Assembly: GCA_965250285.1 (NCBI GenBank)
Contig: OZ252299.1
Span: 3,744,001-3,808,000, forward strand
Reading direction: 5' to 3'
DNA length: 64,000 bases
Source: Myxococcota bacterium
GTDB lineage: Bacteria > Myxococcota_A > UBA9160 > UBA4427
Each line of letters begins with the position of its first letter. The stretch's first letter is position 1. Below the pieces are notes generated by a model. That model had not been told where the DNA came from. It did no database searches and saw only the letters and a program-made list of their open reading frames with translations. Shown one piece after another: positions 28,986-38,749 of this stretch. The position numbers were made by a program, and so were the translations under genes.

Positions 28986-29187
28986 CGAGTGGGCCCCGTT
29001 CGTGCGCTTCGCGGACGCACCCGCGGCGGCCCCGAAGCGAACGTGGCGCACCGGCTGGACGACGTCGCCCGGCCGGGGTGCGTTCAAGCCCACACCTTAT
29101 CATGAGGGACTCGCGCCTACCGATCGAAGTCGATGGGCGCTTCTGCTGGGGACGTGTCAGGGGCGACCCGTGGCCCCGCGACGGCGA

Positions 29188-30531
29188 TCAGAAAGTCGCC
29201 AGATCGAGTCGGCCGGCGCCCACATAGCGCGGCAGCGCATCGGGGACGGGCGTCACGGCGTGCCGCATCAGATCGCGTCGGATGTCTGCCGGCAGCGCAG
29301 CGCAGCCGAGCCGCAGGCGCTCTTCGATGAGCAACGCCACGGCCCCCGCAACGATCGACGTCGCGACCGATGTGCCACTCGATCGAACGAAGAGCTCGGA
29401 TCGCCGGGTCGCCGATGCCGATGCTTCGGGACCGAGGCGCGCAGCCGGAGCCGTCGACCACACGTTCAGGCCCGGCGCCACGAGGTCGGGCTTCTGGCCG
29501 AGCGGAGGTTCGACCTGGGCGCCGAGGCGGGCCGGCTTCGCCCCGCTCGCCGGGGCCGTCGCCACCGTGATCGCGCCCGGTGCCGCGGCGGGACACGTGA
29601 TCGCGTGGCGCGTGGGGGCGCTTCGGCCGTGCCCGCAGCTCTGGACGAATTCGTTGCCCGCGGATGCCACGACCACGTGCCCGAGCGCCACGGCCGTCTC
29701 GACCGAACGACACAGGACGCACTCGGCGGCGCGGCAGAGCCAAGCATGGCCGTTGCGACGATCCGCAGATTGATGATTGAAGCCGAGGCTCAGGGAAAGG
29801 ACGTGTGCCCCGCCCGCCACCGCCGCCTCGATGCCGCGGATCACGTTCGTGTGGCGCCCGCGGCCATGAGCATCGAGCGCCTTGACGTTGAGGAGCTCCG
29901 CATTCTGCGCGATGCCTCGATGGATCGAGTCGCGCGAGGCGATCGTGCCGGCGCAGTGCGTGCCGTGTAGACCCGGGACGCGGTCGGATTCGTCGCACAC
30001 CGAGACCGACTCGGCGACCTCGAGATACGGGTGATCGAGGTCGACACCCGAGTCGATGACGGCGACGCGCACCCCTTCGCCTCCGCAGCCCGGATGATTG
30101 CGCGTGAACGAGTCGAGACCGATCTCAGGGGGCCCGAGGTGAACGCCGCCCCCCGCCGTGACGAGATGGGGGTCGTCGAGCTCGATGCGCTCGACGCCGG
30201 GCAGCTCGGCCAGACGTGCGATCTCGTCGGGATCGGCGCACAGAGCCAAGGCGTTTGCCGAGGGCAACGCGTGAATCCGGGCCGCGACCGACGGCTCGAG
30301 CCGTTCGCCGAAACGCTCGATCGCGTTCTCGGCGCGTCCACGGTACGCGACCCAGCTCGAGGACGCCGCGGGGGCGATGCGCGGCAGGCGCACCGAGATC
30401 GGCAGCGCGTCGGCGGCAGCGGTCGTGCCGCTGCATGCGCCGCCACCGAGCTCCTCGGCCAGTGCGGCGCGCACGCCGCTCGAGGACGCTTCGAGTTGAC
30501 TCATCGCATCGAGAAGTCGGTCGGCGATCAT
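29188..30531 (-). CDS. S8 (subtilisin-like) serine peptidase, no obvious signal peptide
   Basis: VIDSG, HGTHCAG, SAGN, KPDLVAPG, SGTSVA; GGAGG RBS. Confidence 0.9.
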   Translation of the reverse strand: MIADRLLDAMSQLEASSSGVRAALAEELGGGACSGTTAAADALPISVRLPRIAPAASSSWVAYRGRAENAIERFGERLEPSVAARIHALPSANALALCADPDEIARLAELPGVERIELDDPHLVTAGGGVHLGPPEIGLDSFTRNHPGCGGEGVRVAVIDSGVDLDHPYLEVAESVSVCDESDRVPGLHGTHCAGTIASRDSIHRGIAQNAELLNVKALDAHGRGRHTNVIRGIEAAVAGGAHVLSLSLGFNHQSADRRNGHAWLCRAAECVLCRSVETAVALGHVVVASAGNEFVQSCGHGRSAPTRHAITCPAAAPGAITVATAPASGAKPARLGAQVEPPLGQKPDLVAPGLNVWSTAPAARLGPEASASATRRSELFVRSSGTSVATSIVAGAVALLIEERLRLGCAALPADIRRDLMRHAVTPVPDALPRYVGAGRLDLATF

Positions 30532-30634
30532 CGATCACCTCCAATTGCACGCTCGAGTGTCGGGACGGAGTGGGGGGCGGGCGAATCCTGCGACGCTGCA
30601 CCGTGCGCCGCGGATGGATACGCCCGCCCCAAGC

Positions 30635-30946
30635 TCAGGGCGCCCGCCTGCCCCACCCGGTGCAAGCACACACGGTGGTTCGACACGGCCTGCGGCGGTC
30701 GGCCCGACTGCGGCTGCAGTCGAAACCGGCGCGTCGCACACCTAGGCCCCCACGAGCCCGATGACCCGCTGCGGCGGTGAGGGTCATCCCGAGCCCCGAG
30801 TACTCTCGGGTCCCAACCGGTCGGTTTCGAGTCGAGCTCGACGAGGTGGTCGACGCGCCCGTCGGATTGCCGCGCGTCGCGGCCACGCGACGGCGTCCCT
30901 GGCATCGCCACGCTCGAGCGATCGTGGTCGCACGATCTCTGCTCAT
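30635..30946 (-). CDS. Small hypothetical ORF, possibly a frameshifted peptide precursor
   Basis: Strong RBS GGAGGAGAGG-ATG; IARAWR...NPTG; lies between the CRP-like box and the S8 gene. Confidence 0.4.
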   Translation of the reverse strand: MSRDRATTIARAWRCQGRRRVAATRGNPTGASTTSSSSTRNRPVGTREYSGLGMTLTAAAGHRARGGLGVRRAGFDCSRSRADRRRPCRTTVCACTGWGRRAP

Positions 30947-31038
30947 CCTCTCCTCCGATCCCGGTTGACCGAGTTCGGAGACGAGCGTGGCATGCGATGC
31001 GATCTGGATCTGTAAAGCAGGCGACAGGCCCGGCGAGG

Positions 31039-31054
31039 TGTCAACCAGATCACA
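31039..31054 (-). promoter_or_regulatory. CRP-like binding box
   Basis: TGTGA-TCTGGT-TGACA on minus (one mismatch to TGTGA-N6-TCACA), just downstream of the Crp gene. Confidence 0.6.
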
Positions 31055-31085
31055 CGGGCGCCCGCGAGGCGGGCAGAGGCGCGCC

Positions 31086-31823
31086 TCAGCCGGTCCGGGT
31101 GACTCGGCTCGGCGCCCGGCCATCGAACGCGGCCGACGCCAGCGCTTCGAAGTCGGGGATCGTGATGGTGCGACGCTCGTAGGAGATGAGCCCTGCACGA
31201 CGCCACTCGGAGAGGTGCCGGTTCACGCTCACGCGCGTGAGCCCCACGCTGTCGGCCAGATCCTGCTGCGAGAACCCGTGCTCGATCACGATGGTGCCGC
31301 TGGGCTTGCGCATGCCGTACTGCTCGGCGAGGCCCCGGATGCGCAGAAAGAGCCGAGCCGCCGCGGGCAGCAGCACCGCGCTCTCGGCGAAGCTCGATGT
31401 CTGGCGGATCCGCTGGCAGAGCACGGCCATCAGCTCGCGGCTGGCGTCGGGATGCTCGGCGAGCACGTCGAGAAAATCGCTGCGTTCGATGACCACGGCC
31501 GTCGTGCGGGCCGCGGCGATCGCATCGGCGCAGCGGGGCTCACCGTCGAGGAGAGACATCTCGCCAAAGAGCTCACCCGGCTCGATCACGTTCAGGATCA
31601 CTTCGCCGCCGTCCGGTGCGAGCGCGCAGATCTTGATGCGCCCCTCGAGCACGACGAAGACCGACTCGCCCTCGTCGTCGCGCCGAAACACGAACTCCCC
31701 ATCGGCCAGCTGGACGTGGCGGGCGCGTGCGGCGAGATCTTCGAGGTCGTCGCGGTGCAGGACACCGAGCAGAGTCGAGGCCGCGAGCGACTCGACGACT
31801 TTTTCGTTGGGCGTGCTGGACAT
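31086..31823 (-). CDS. Crp/Fnr family regulator (cNMP-binding type)
   Basis: FGEMSLLDGEPRCAD cNMP cassette; SQQDLADSVGLTRVSVNR HTH. Confidence 0.93.
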   Translation of the reverse strand: MSSTPNEKVVESLAASTLLGVLHRDDLEDLAARARHVQLADGEFVFRRDDEGESVFVVLEGRIKICALAPDGGEVILNVIEPGELFGEMSLLDGEPRCADAIAAARTTAVVIERSDFLDVLAEHPDASRELMAVLCQRIRQTSSFAESAVLLPAAARLFLRIRGLAEQYGMRKPSGTIVIEHGFSQQDLADSVGLTRVSVNRHLSEWRRAGLISYERRTITIPDFEALASAAFDGRAPSRVTRTG

Positions 31824-31995
31824 GGCTCGTCATCTCGCTGGTGCGACGCGATCACGGGCGCTCGAACGATCGCTTGATCATCGCGCGTCTCACCGTGCAC
31901 CGCCAAGCCCCGGCCCGTAGATCCGGGGCCACGAGCGGTCGCTTGGGCGCCCGTTCGGGGCGTAATGAGGCCGCCTGCGCGACGCGCGGTACGGG

Positions 31996-32857
31996 TCAGC
32001 GCTGGGGGCCGCCCCGGCCCTGGCCGCCTCGGTACTCGGCATAGAAGCGCATCACGGCCGCGCCGAGCGGCGTCGCGCGCATGGCGCGGACCCAGTGCGC
32101 GCGATCTTCGTCGAGCTTGTCGATCGGCGGCCCCTCCCACGCACCGCCGGCGTACTCGGGCGGCATCAGCGCGAGCGAAGCCAGGCTCGAGGTCGCGATC
32201 CACCACGCCCTGCCCTCGGCGCCGGCCTCGGGCGACGGCCACGCCGAGGCATCCCGCGACAGCTCGTCGAAGAACGCGGCGAGGTGTTCACGATCTTCTG
32301 CTTCTCGCGCGTCGGACAGCCCCATCAGATCGGTCACCGTCGCCATCACGATGGGCTCGGCCCGCTCGAAGAAGGCCTGCTCGGCCTCGGTGAAGCCCTG
32401 CATCATGCGGGCCTTGAGCTCGGGGCGCGTGGGCTCGAGCAGCGCGCGGTAGCCGATGCGCCTCGAGGCCGGCCCGATCTCGTGATCCAGGCGCTGCTTC
32501 CAACCCGGGTCGATCGCGGCGACGTAGTGCTCGAGCACCGCCCACGAATCGCTCAGCATCTCACCGCCCGGGAGACACACGAGCGGCACCCCGTGCTGGC
32601 GACGATCGACGTCCTTGCCGGTCTCGGCGCCGGGGAAGCTGCCGTCCGACCAGGTCGACCGGTCGGCGCGCAGCGAGGCGATCGGCTCCATGTGCGAACC
32701 GATCGCATACGCCACCTCGGTGTAGGCGACACCGGCATCGTCGAGCGCCCAGCGCGCGAGCTCACAGAAGTGCGAGTAGCGAATCGTCAGCAGGTGAGGA
32801 CGATCGATGGTCTCGGGGTCGAATCGAAGGGGAAACAGAGGGGACTCCGTGAATCAC
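31996..32857 (-). CDS. Glutathione S-transferase-like protein; start apparently displaced by a 1-nt indel near 32840-32843
   Basis: In-frame LLTIRYSHFCELARWALDDAGV upstream of the ORF-track start; VPLV..DSWAVL. Confidence 0.7.
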
Positions 32858-32951
32858 GCGCAGGGGCCTCGATGAGGGTCTCAAGCGGGCGCGCCCGTCG
32901 AGACGCGCAGCATAGTCGATCCCGAAGCGCGAACCGGAGAGAGTGGCCCGT

Positions 32952-33977
32952 TCACCGCGGCCGAAATGCGCTCGGCGGCGAGCCCGTCCACTTCTTGAAC
33001 GCGCGTCGAAAGTTCGTGGTCTCCGTGTACCCGAGGAAGCTCGCGATCTCGTCGATCGTGAGCTCCGACTGGGCGAGGTAGTCCTTCGCCAGATTCGACC
33101 GCACGTCATCGAGGATGCACCGAAAGGACGTACCGAGCGCATCCAGCTTGCGACGCAGGGTGCGCGACGTCATTCCGAGCTCGCGCGACACGGCTTCCAT
33201 GTCGGCGAGTCGACCGGGTGTCCGCAGCAGTGCCTTGCGAGTGCGAACGATCAGATCATCGGCCTCGTCGTGCGAAGCGAGCAGATCCTCGACGAGCCGC
33301 AGCGACATCGCGGCGCTCGCCGGATCGGCGTGCTTCAGCGCGCGGTCGCCCGGGATGTCAGTCCAGAAGACGTTCTGCGCCTGGTCGAAGCGAGGCTTGC
33401 ACCCGAACATCCTCGTGTACGCTTCGGCGTGCGCGGGACGCGCGTAGCTGAGCGACAGGTCGAGTGGGCGCACGGGTCGGTTCATGTAGACCGAGCCGAC
33501 CGTGCAGATCCCGGCGACCATCTCTTCGACGCAGAAGGGCAGCAGCGGGCCGAGCGGGATCGGCGCATCGAGCTGGAGGCGCATCCGGCCGTCGTCTTCC
33601 GTGGCCGAGATCGAGAGCAGCGTCGACGCCGCGTTCTGGAATCGCAGCCCCACGTCGAAGGCCTCGCGCTCGGTGGCACAGCTCATCACCGCGTAGCCGA
33701 GGGCGCCCCACGTGCCGAGGTTCTCACGCGCCCCGACGACCAGACCGAGCTCGGGCAGCTTCGAGAGCGCGATCGCGCGCTCGATCACGGCGAGCATCTT
33801 CTCGAGCGAGATCCAACGATCGACGTCGGCGAGCTGCGCGGGCCCGAGCCCGGTTCCGGCCAGCACGTCGCCGGGGGCGAAGCCGCGCTCTTCGAGCACC
33901 GAGACGATCAGCCCCGCGAGCTGCGGCGGCAGCGTCCGGTGGATCGGGTCGGTCGTCGAGGTCGGCGTCGGGGGCAT
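32952..33977 (-). CDS. AraC family regulator
   Basis: GALGYAVMSC; RTLRRKL, LGYTETTNFRRAFKKWTG. Confidence 0.93.
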   Translation of the reverse strand: MPPTPTSTTDPIHRTLPPQLAGLIVSVLEERGFAPGDVLAGTGLGPAQLADVDRWISLEKMLAVIERAIALSKLPELGLVVGARENLGTWGALGYAVMSCATEREAFDVGLRFQNAASTLLSISATEDDGRMRLQLDAPIPLGPLLPFCVEEMVAGICTVGSVYMNRPVRPLDLSLSYARPAHAEAYTRMFGCKPRFDQAQNVFWTDIPGDRALKHADPASAAMSLRLVEDLLASHDEADDLIVRTRKALLRTPGRLADMEAVSRELGMTSRTLRRKLDALGTSFRCILDDVRSNLAKDYLAQSELTIDEIASFLGYTETTNFRRAFKKWTGSPPSAFRPR

Positions 33978-34082
33978 GTCCGAAAATGATCAGGTCTTCG
34001 TCCGAATTGAACCTCTCCCCGACCGGCCCTGCAAGGCAACCTGCTCGCACCTTCTCCCCCCTGCTTCATGGAGGCCCTGACC

Positions 34083-34994
34083 ATGGCCAAGCTCACGACG
34101 CTCGATCCCGATGCGATCCTCGACGAGATCATGGACGCGGTCGATCGCGACGGCGCTGTCATCGTGCGGGACGTTCTCTCTCCCACACAGGTCGATCAGC
34201 TGCGGAGCGAGCTCGACCCGTTCCTCGAGTCGACATCGAACGGGGTCGACGACTTTCACGGCAAGTGCACCACCCGCACGGGCGCCCTGATCGCGCGATC
34301 GGCGATGTGTCGAGAGATGGTGCTCGACCCGCGCGTGCGCGGCGTCTGTGATCGTGTGCTCCTCGAGCATTGCGAGCGCTACCAGATCCATCTGACCCAG
34401 GCGATTCGCATCCGGCCGGGTGAGTCGGGCCAGCTGATCCACAAGGACAAGTGGGCTTGGAGCTCGTACTTCAACGACCTCGAGCCCCAGATCAGCTCGA
34501 TGTGGGCGCTGACCGACTTCACGCGGGAGAACGGCGCCACACAGGTCGTCCCCGGCTCGAGCGATTGGCCCAACGAGCGGCAGCCGACCGAGGACGAGAT
34601 CGCCTTCGCCGAGATGACGAGGGGCTCGGTCCTGATCTTCACCGGATCGGTGCTCCACGGCGGCGGTGCGAATACGTCGGACGGCGACCGCATCGGCGTG
34701 CTGCTCGACTATGCGCTCGGCTGGGTGCGGCAGGAGGAGAACCAGTACCTCTCCTGCCCTCCCGAGATCGCGAAGCACTTCGAGCCCGAAGTTCGGGACC
34801 TGCTCGGCTACACCATGGCCACCTTCACCCTCGGCTACTACACCCCCCCGCTCGCACCGGGTGAGGGCCCCGAGGCCGTCAGCCCGGCATACGCGCTCGA
34901 CCCGACGGTCGAGACCGGTGGGTTCGGCGGCGATGCGCTCCGCGAGGCGATGGAGCGCGACATCCTGGGGGACGCCGAGGTCGTGCACGGCTAG
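34083..34994 (+). CDS. Phytanoyl-CoA dioxygenase family protein
   Basis: QLIHKD, ALTDFTRENGAT.VVPGS, HGGGAN, RQEENQYL. Confidence 0.92.
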   Translation: MAKLTTLDPDAILDEIMDAVDRDGAVIVRDVLSPTQVDQLRSELDPFLESTSNGVDDFHGKCTTRTGALIARSAMCREMVLDPRVRGVCDRVLLEHCERYQIHLTQAIRIRPGESGQLIHKDKWAWSSYFNDLEPQISSMWALTDFTRENGATQVVPGSSDWPNERQPTEDEIAFAEMTRGSVLIFTGSVLHGGGANTSDGDRIGVLLDYALGWVRQEENQYLSCPPEIAKHFEPEVRDLLGYTMATFTLGYYTPPLAPGEGPEAVSPAYALDPTVETGGFGGDALREAMERDILGDAEVVHG

Positions 34995-35309
34995 CCCGCT
35001 TCCAGAAAGCCCGCGCTCCTCGATGGGGCGTGCGACCTCGGCGCGCGCGGGGGGCGCGATGCGATCCGGTCGAACGCTGCACGCTCGGGCGCGGGACGTG
35101 GCGCCGTCGAACCACGGCTCGGGCGCGCGATCCGCCCGGACATCCACGACTGGCAGCCGACGCCCCGCCTCCCCCGAATGGGTTCGCGCAGCGCGCTCGA
35201 CTTGCGGGTTGCCCGACGCACAGTGTCCGCCGTTCGTCACGCCAATGCCCTCGAATCGATGCCGTAGGGTCATCTCGCGGGTCGACCATGTTCGCTGGGG
35301 GGTTCGGTC

Positions 35310-36476
35310 ATGTTCGAGCCGCAGTGGATACCCGCGCTCTCGGCCGCCGCCGCGACGGGCGGCAGCGCCCTCGTCGCGCGCGACTATCTGCGCCGTCGGC
35401 TCGTCGGGCAGGAAGACCGCTTCATGGCGCTCTTCAGTCGAGACGACTGGGACGCCTGCAACATGGACATCGTCTTCCAATTCGACGCTGGATCGGACGA
35501 CCATGTCAAGCGCGTCTTTCGCGAGCGGCTCGTGCGACTGATCGAGGCCGCTGATCCCGAAACGAGCCTGCTTCACGAGGTGGGGCGCCTCGACGGGCCT
35601 GGTCTCGACTTGCGACGCGTCCCCTTCGTCGACCTCGACGACCTCTGCCTACCCCAGCGCCACGGGGTGCGACTCGAATGGGACGCGCCCGGCGAGATCC
35701 GCATCGTCTGGAATCACGTGCAGACCGACGGCGTCGGTCTGTGGGAGACGTTCCGGCCCGCATTCGACCCGAGTCCGCCGCTCGTCACGTACGACGATGC
35801 ACCGACGCCCCCACCCTTCCTGCCCGAGCTGATGGCGATCCCTGCAACGACGCGCCGCCTGCTCTGGCGCGGTCGCCTCAATCGGCTCTGCGGGGATGAG
35901 CAGAGCACGCTCGTCCACATCTGGCCGACCGAGCCGATCCGGGCCCTGCGCCAGGAGCTGAAGGCCAACTTCAATCTGGTGTCGGCCGCGTTGATGCTCG
36001 AGCAGATCTTCGAGCGCCATCCGGAGGTTCCCTACCTCGTCACCGGGATCATCGTGTTCTTCCCGTTCCTCGAGGGCCGCAACCGGTACGGCGTGCTGAC
36101 GACGAAGGTGCAGCGCGCGCCCGTCGACGACATGGTCCGCCAGATCGAGAGTCAAGTTCGGTTCCCGATGCTGCGGTGGGGCACGGCATCGACGCAGACC
36201 TACACCCTCGCTCGCCTGCCCGAGCTGATCTTCGAACCGGTCATGCGCTACTACCGGCGCCAGGTCGACGTGCTGATCAGCAACCTGCCGGTCGGGACGA
36301 CGCCCGCGCTGATCGACGGCGTACCGATCACGATCTCGTGTCATCCCTGGGAGCTGAGCGCGCCGTACTACCTGCTCGCCGTCGGCACGCGCGACACGCT
36401 GCACATGTCGATCAACTCGCGCTTCGACCAGGCCGCCGACTTCATGAGGGGCCCGATCGGCTCGGCTCACCGCTGA
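35310..36476 (+). CDS. Hypothetical protein, CoA-dependent acyltransferase/condensation-like
   Basis: HVQTDG (HxxxDG), ISNLP; good codon bias. Confidence 0.6.
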   Translation: MFEPQWIPALSAAAATGGSALVARDYLRRRLVGQEDRFMALFSRDDWDACNMDIVFQFDAGSDDHVKRVFRERLVRLIEAADPETSLLHEVGRLDGPGLDLRRVPFVDLDDLCLPQRHGVRLEWDAPGEIRIVWNHVQTDGVGLWETFRPAFDPSPPLVTYDDAPTPPPFLPELMAIPATTRRLLWRGRLNRLCGDEQSTLVHIWPTEPIRALRQELKANFNLVSAALMLEQIFERHPEVPYLVTGIIVFFPFLEGRNRYGVLTTKVQRAPVDDMVRQIESQVRFPMLRWGTASTQTYTLARLPELIFEPVMRYYRRQVDVLISNLPVGTTPALIDGVPITISCHPWELSAPYYLLAVGTRDTLHMSINSRFDQAADFMRGPIGSAHR

Positions 36477-36483
36477 CGCGTGC

Positions 36484-37299
36484 TCAGAACGAACGGGTGA
36501 TGCTGAAGAAGGGGCGCGGCGCGCAATTCGACGTGCGCCCGCAGTCCGCCTCGGACCGGTTCGTGTCGACGTAGGCGAGGCGCGCGTCGAAGCCCCAGTG
36601 TGACGCTGCGAGGCCGACACTCCAGTCGAACTCATCGGCGCCCTTGCCCGAGCCGTTGCCGAACTGGTAGCCGACGTGGGTCTCGAGGCTCAGGGTCCAG
36701 ACGAGATCGATCGCGACGTCGAAGGCGGGATAGTAGGCCGGATCGCCGGCTTCACCGTAGTTCCACGTCAGCGCGAAGAACCCCCCGGTGCGCACTCGGC
36801 CGAAGTCGTAGACCGCGTTGATCGTGAACTCGGGATAGAACGTCTCGATGTCGAGCAGCGGGTACATGAAGTAGACGAAGCCGAAATCGAGCTCGAGATC
36901 GCCGCGCTCCATCACGTAGCCGGCGAACAGGTCGAGCTCGAAGCTCGGACCGTCGCCGAAGTCGACGTTCGAGATCCACGTGCCCACATAGAGCCCGTTC
37001 GCGAAGCGCCAGTCGACTTCGGCCTGGCCCGCCGGCTTGCGGCTGCTCTGGCTGACGCCGCGCCACACGTACTCGGTCGCGAAGGTCAGCGAGGCCGAGA
37101 AGCGGCCGGGCAGCGGGCCGAGCGCGTGCCCGGCCGTCGGGACGGGCTCGGCGCGCTCGGAGCCGGGCGGGGCACCCGCGTCGCGCTCCGATTTCCTGTC
37201 TTCTGCCAGAGCCGCGAAGGGCAATACCCACACGACAGATGCGGCGGCGACCACCTGGATCCAAATTTGCCGCGCCCGCTGCGCACGATGCATGGTCAT
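36484..37299 (-). CDS. TorF-family putative outer-membrane porin
   Basis: TEYVWRGVSQS, YVGTWISNVDF, ELDLFAGY, C-terminal Phe; signal peptide. Confidence 0.85.
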   Translation of the reverse strand: MTMHRAQRARQIWIQVVAAASVVWVLPFAALAEDRKSERDAGAPPGSERAEPVPTAGHALGPLPGRFSASLTFATEYVWRGVSQSSRKPAGQAEVDWRFANGLYVGTWISNVDFGDGPSFELDLFAGYVMERGDLELDFGFVYFMYPLLDIETFYPEFTINAVYDFGRVRTGGFFALTWNYGEAGDPAYYPAFDVAIDLVWTLSLETHVGYQFGNGSGKGADEFDWSVGLAASHWGFDARLAYVDTNRSEADCGRTSNCAPRPFFSITRSF

Positions 37300-37441
37300 A
37301 CGATACAGAGCGTCGCACGCAGACCGAGCGAACGGGCCCTCCGGCCCGCCCGGCGGCGTGCTTTCGCATTCGCCGTGCGTGGTAGGCTCAGGCGTCGAGC
37401 GCGCCGCCACTGCGCGACCTGTTGACGGCGTAGGTGAACGA

Positions 37442-38722
37442 ATGGCCTCGATCCGCCAGACCGTCGAATGCCCCGAGTGCGGCCTGCGCCAGACGAAGCG
37501 CGAGCCGAAGCCCCATCGCGACGTGCTCTGCGAGCGCTGCGACAAACGCCTCGCCCGCACGCGACGCAACGGGCTCGAGCGCTCGTTCGCATTGACTGTC
37601 TGCGCTCTCGTGCTGCTCGTCATGGCGTTCGCGGCGCCCCTGATGGACCTCGAATACCAGGGACGCACGCAGCGAGCGCACCTGGTCACCGGCATCGTCC
37701 AGCTCTGGAGGATCGGTTTCGAACCCCTGGCGGTGCTGATCGCCTTCACCAGCGTGATCGCGCCTCTGGTCGGGCTCGTCGGGCTTCTCGCCGTGGTGCT
37801 TCCACTCGCCCTGAACAAGCCGATGGCCTACATCGCGCCGCTCTACCGACGCGTCATGATCCTTCGTCCGTGGTCCATGCTCGAGGTGTACCTGCTCGGC
37901 ATGATCGTGGCGTACGTCAAGATGAGTCAGCTCGCGTCGGTCGATCTCGGGCTCGGCGCGATGGCCCTCGGCGCGCTCATCCCGGTCTTGATCGGCGGCT
38001 ACGACAGCCTGGACGCACGCGTGATCTGGCAGAGCTGGGATGCGAGCCAGGCTGCGGATCCGCCCGAGAGTCCGAGCCCGGGGCCGACGGTGCTCACCTG
38101 CCCGACGTGCGGCTATGCGGTCGCAGCCGAGTCAGGCGAGGGCGACGCGCGCTACCACTGCCCGCGCTGCCACGACCGCTTCGCGCGGCGGCTGCCGTTC
38201 TCGCTGCAGCGCACCTGGGCCCTCGTCATCACAGCCGCGCTGCTCTACGTGCCCGCGAACGTCTGGCCCATGATGCACATCGACAAGATGGGCCACGCCG
38301 AGGACGACACGATCCTGGCCGGTGTCGGTGAGCTCATCAACGATGGAATGTGGCAGATCGCGGCGCTCATCTTCTTCGCGAGCATCGTCGTCCCGATGCT
38401 CAAGATCGTGGGGCTGGTGTACCTCATGTTGGCGATCCAGCTCGAATGGCCCAGTCGAAGACGCTCGCTTCACCGCTTGTATCGCATCGTGGAAGGCATC
38501 GGACGATGGTCGATGATCGACATGTTCGTCACGTCGCTGCTGGTGGCGTTGGTGCAGATGGGGCAGATTGCCACGATCGTGCCGGGACCAGCCGCGACGT
38601 GTTTCGCAGGGGTGGTCGTTCTGACGATGTTCGCGGCTATGAGCTTCGATCCGCGGCTGATCTGGGATCGGGCCGAGGCGGCCGCGCCGGTCACGCCTCG
38701 GGCCGAGGTCGCGAAGGCATGA
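37442..38722 (+). CDS. pqiA: Paraquat-inducible protein A
   Basis: CxxC pairs, PWSMLEV, YVPAN, GRWSMIDMF, FDPRLIW. Confidence 0.93.
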   Translation: MASIRQTVECPECGLRQTKREPKPHRDVLCERCDKRLARTRRNGLERSFALTVCALVLLVMAFAAPLMDLEYQGRTQRAHLVTGIVQLWRIGFEPLAVLIAFTSVIAPLVGLVGLLAVVLPLALNKPMAYIAPLYRRVMILRPWSMLEVYLLGMIVAYVKMSQLASVDLGLGAMALGALIPVLIGGYDSLDARVIWQSWDASQAADPPESPSPGPTVLTCPTCGYAVAAESGEGDARYHCPRCHDRFARRLPFSLQRTWALVITAALLYVPANVWPMMHIDKMGHAEDDTILAGVGELINDGMWQIAALIFFASIVVPMLKIVGLVYLMLAIQLEWPSRRRSLHRLYRIVEGIGRWSMIDMFVTSLLVALVQMGQIATIVPGPAATCFAGVVVLTMFAAMSFDPRLIWDRAEAAAPVTPRAEVAKA

Positions 38723-38749
38723 GCTGTAGCGCGCGAGGAGAGGTGGCCG

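Noticed and set aside
32854..32856. In-frame TGA upstream of the GST-like gene as a second Sec codon
   Set aside because: Not at a conserved Cys position and no SECIS-like hairpin noticed; an indel explains it better
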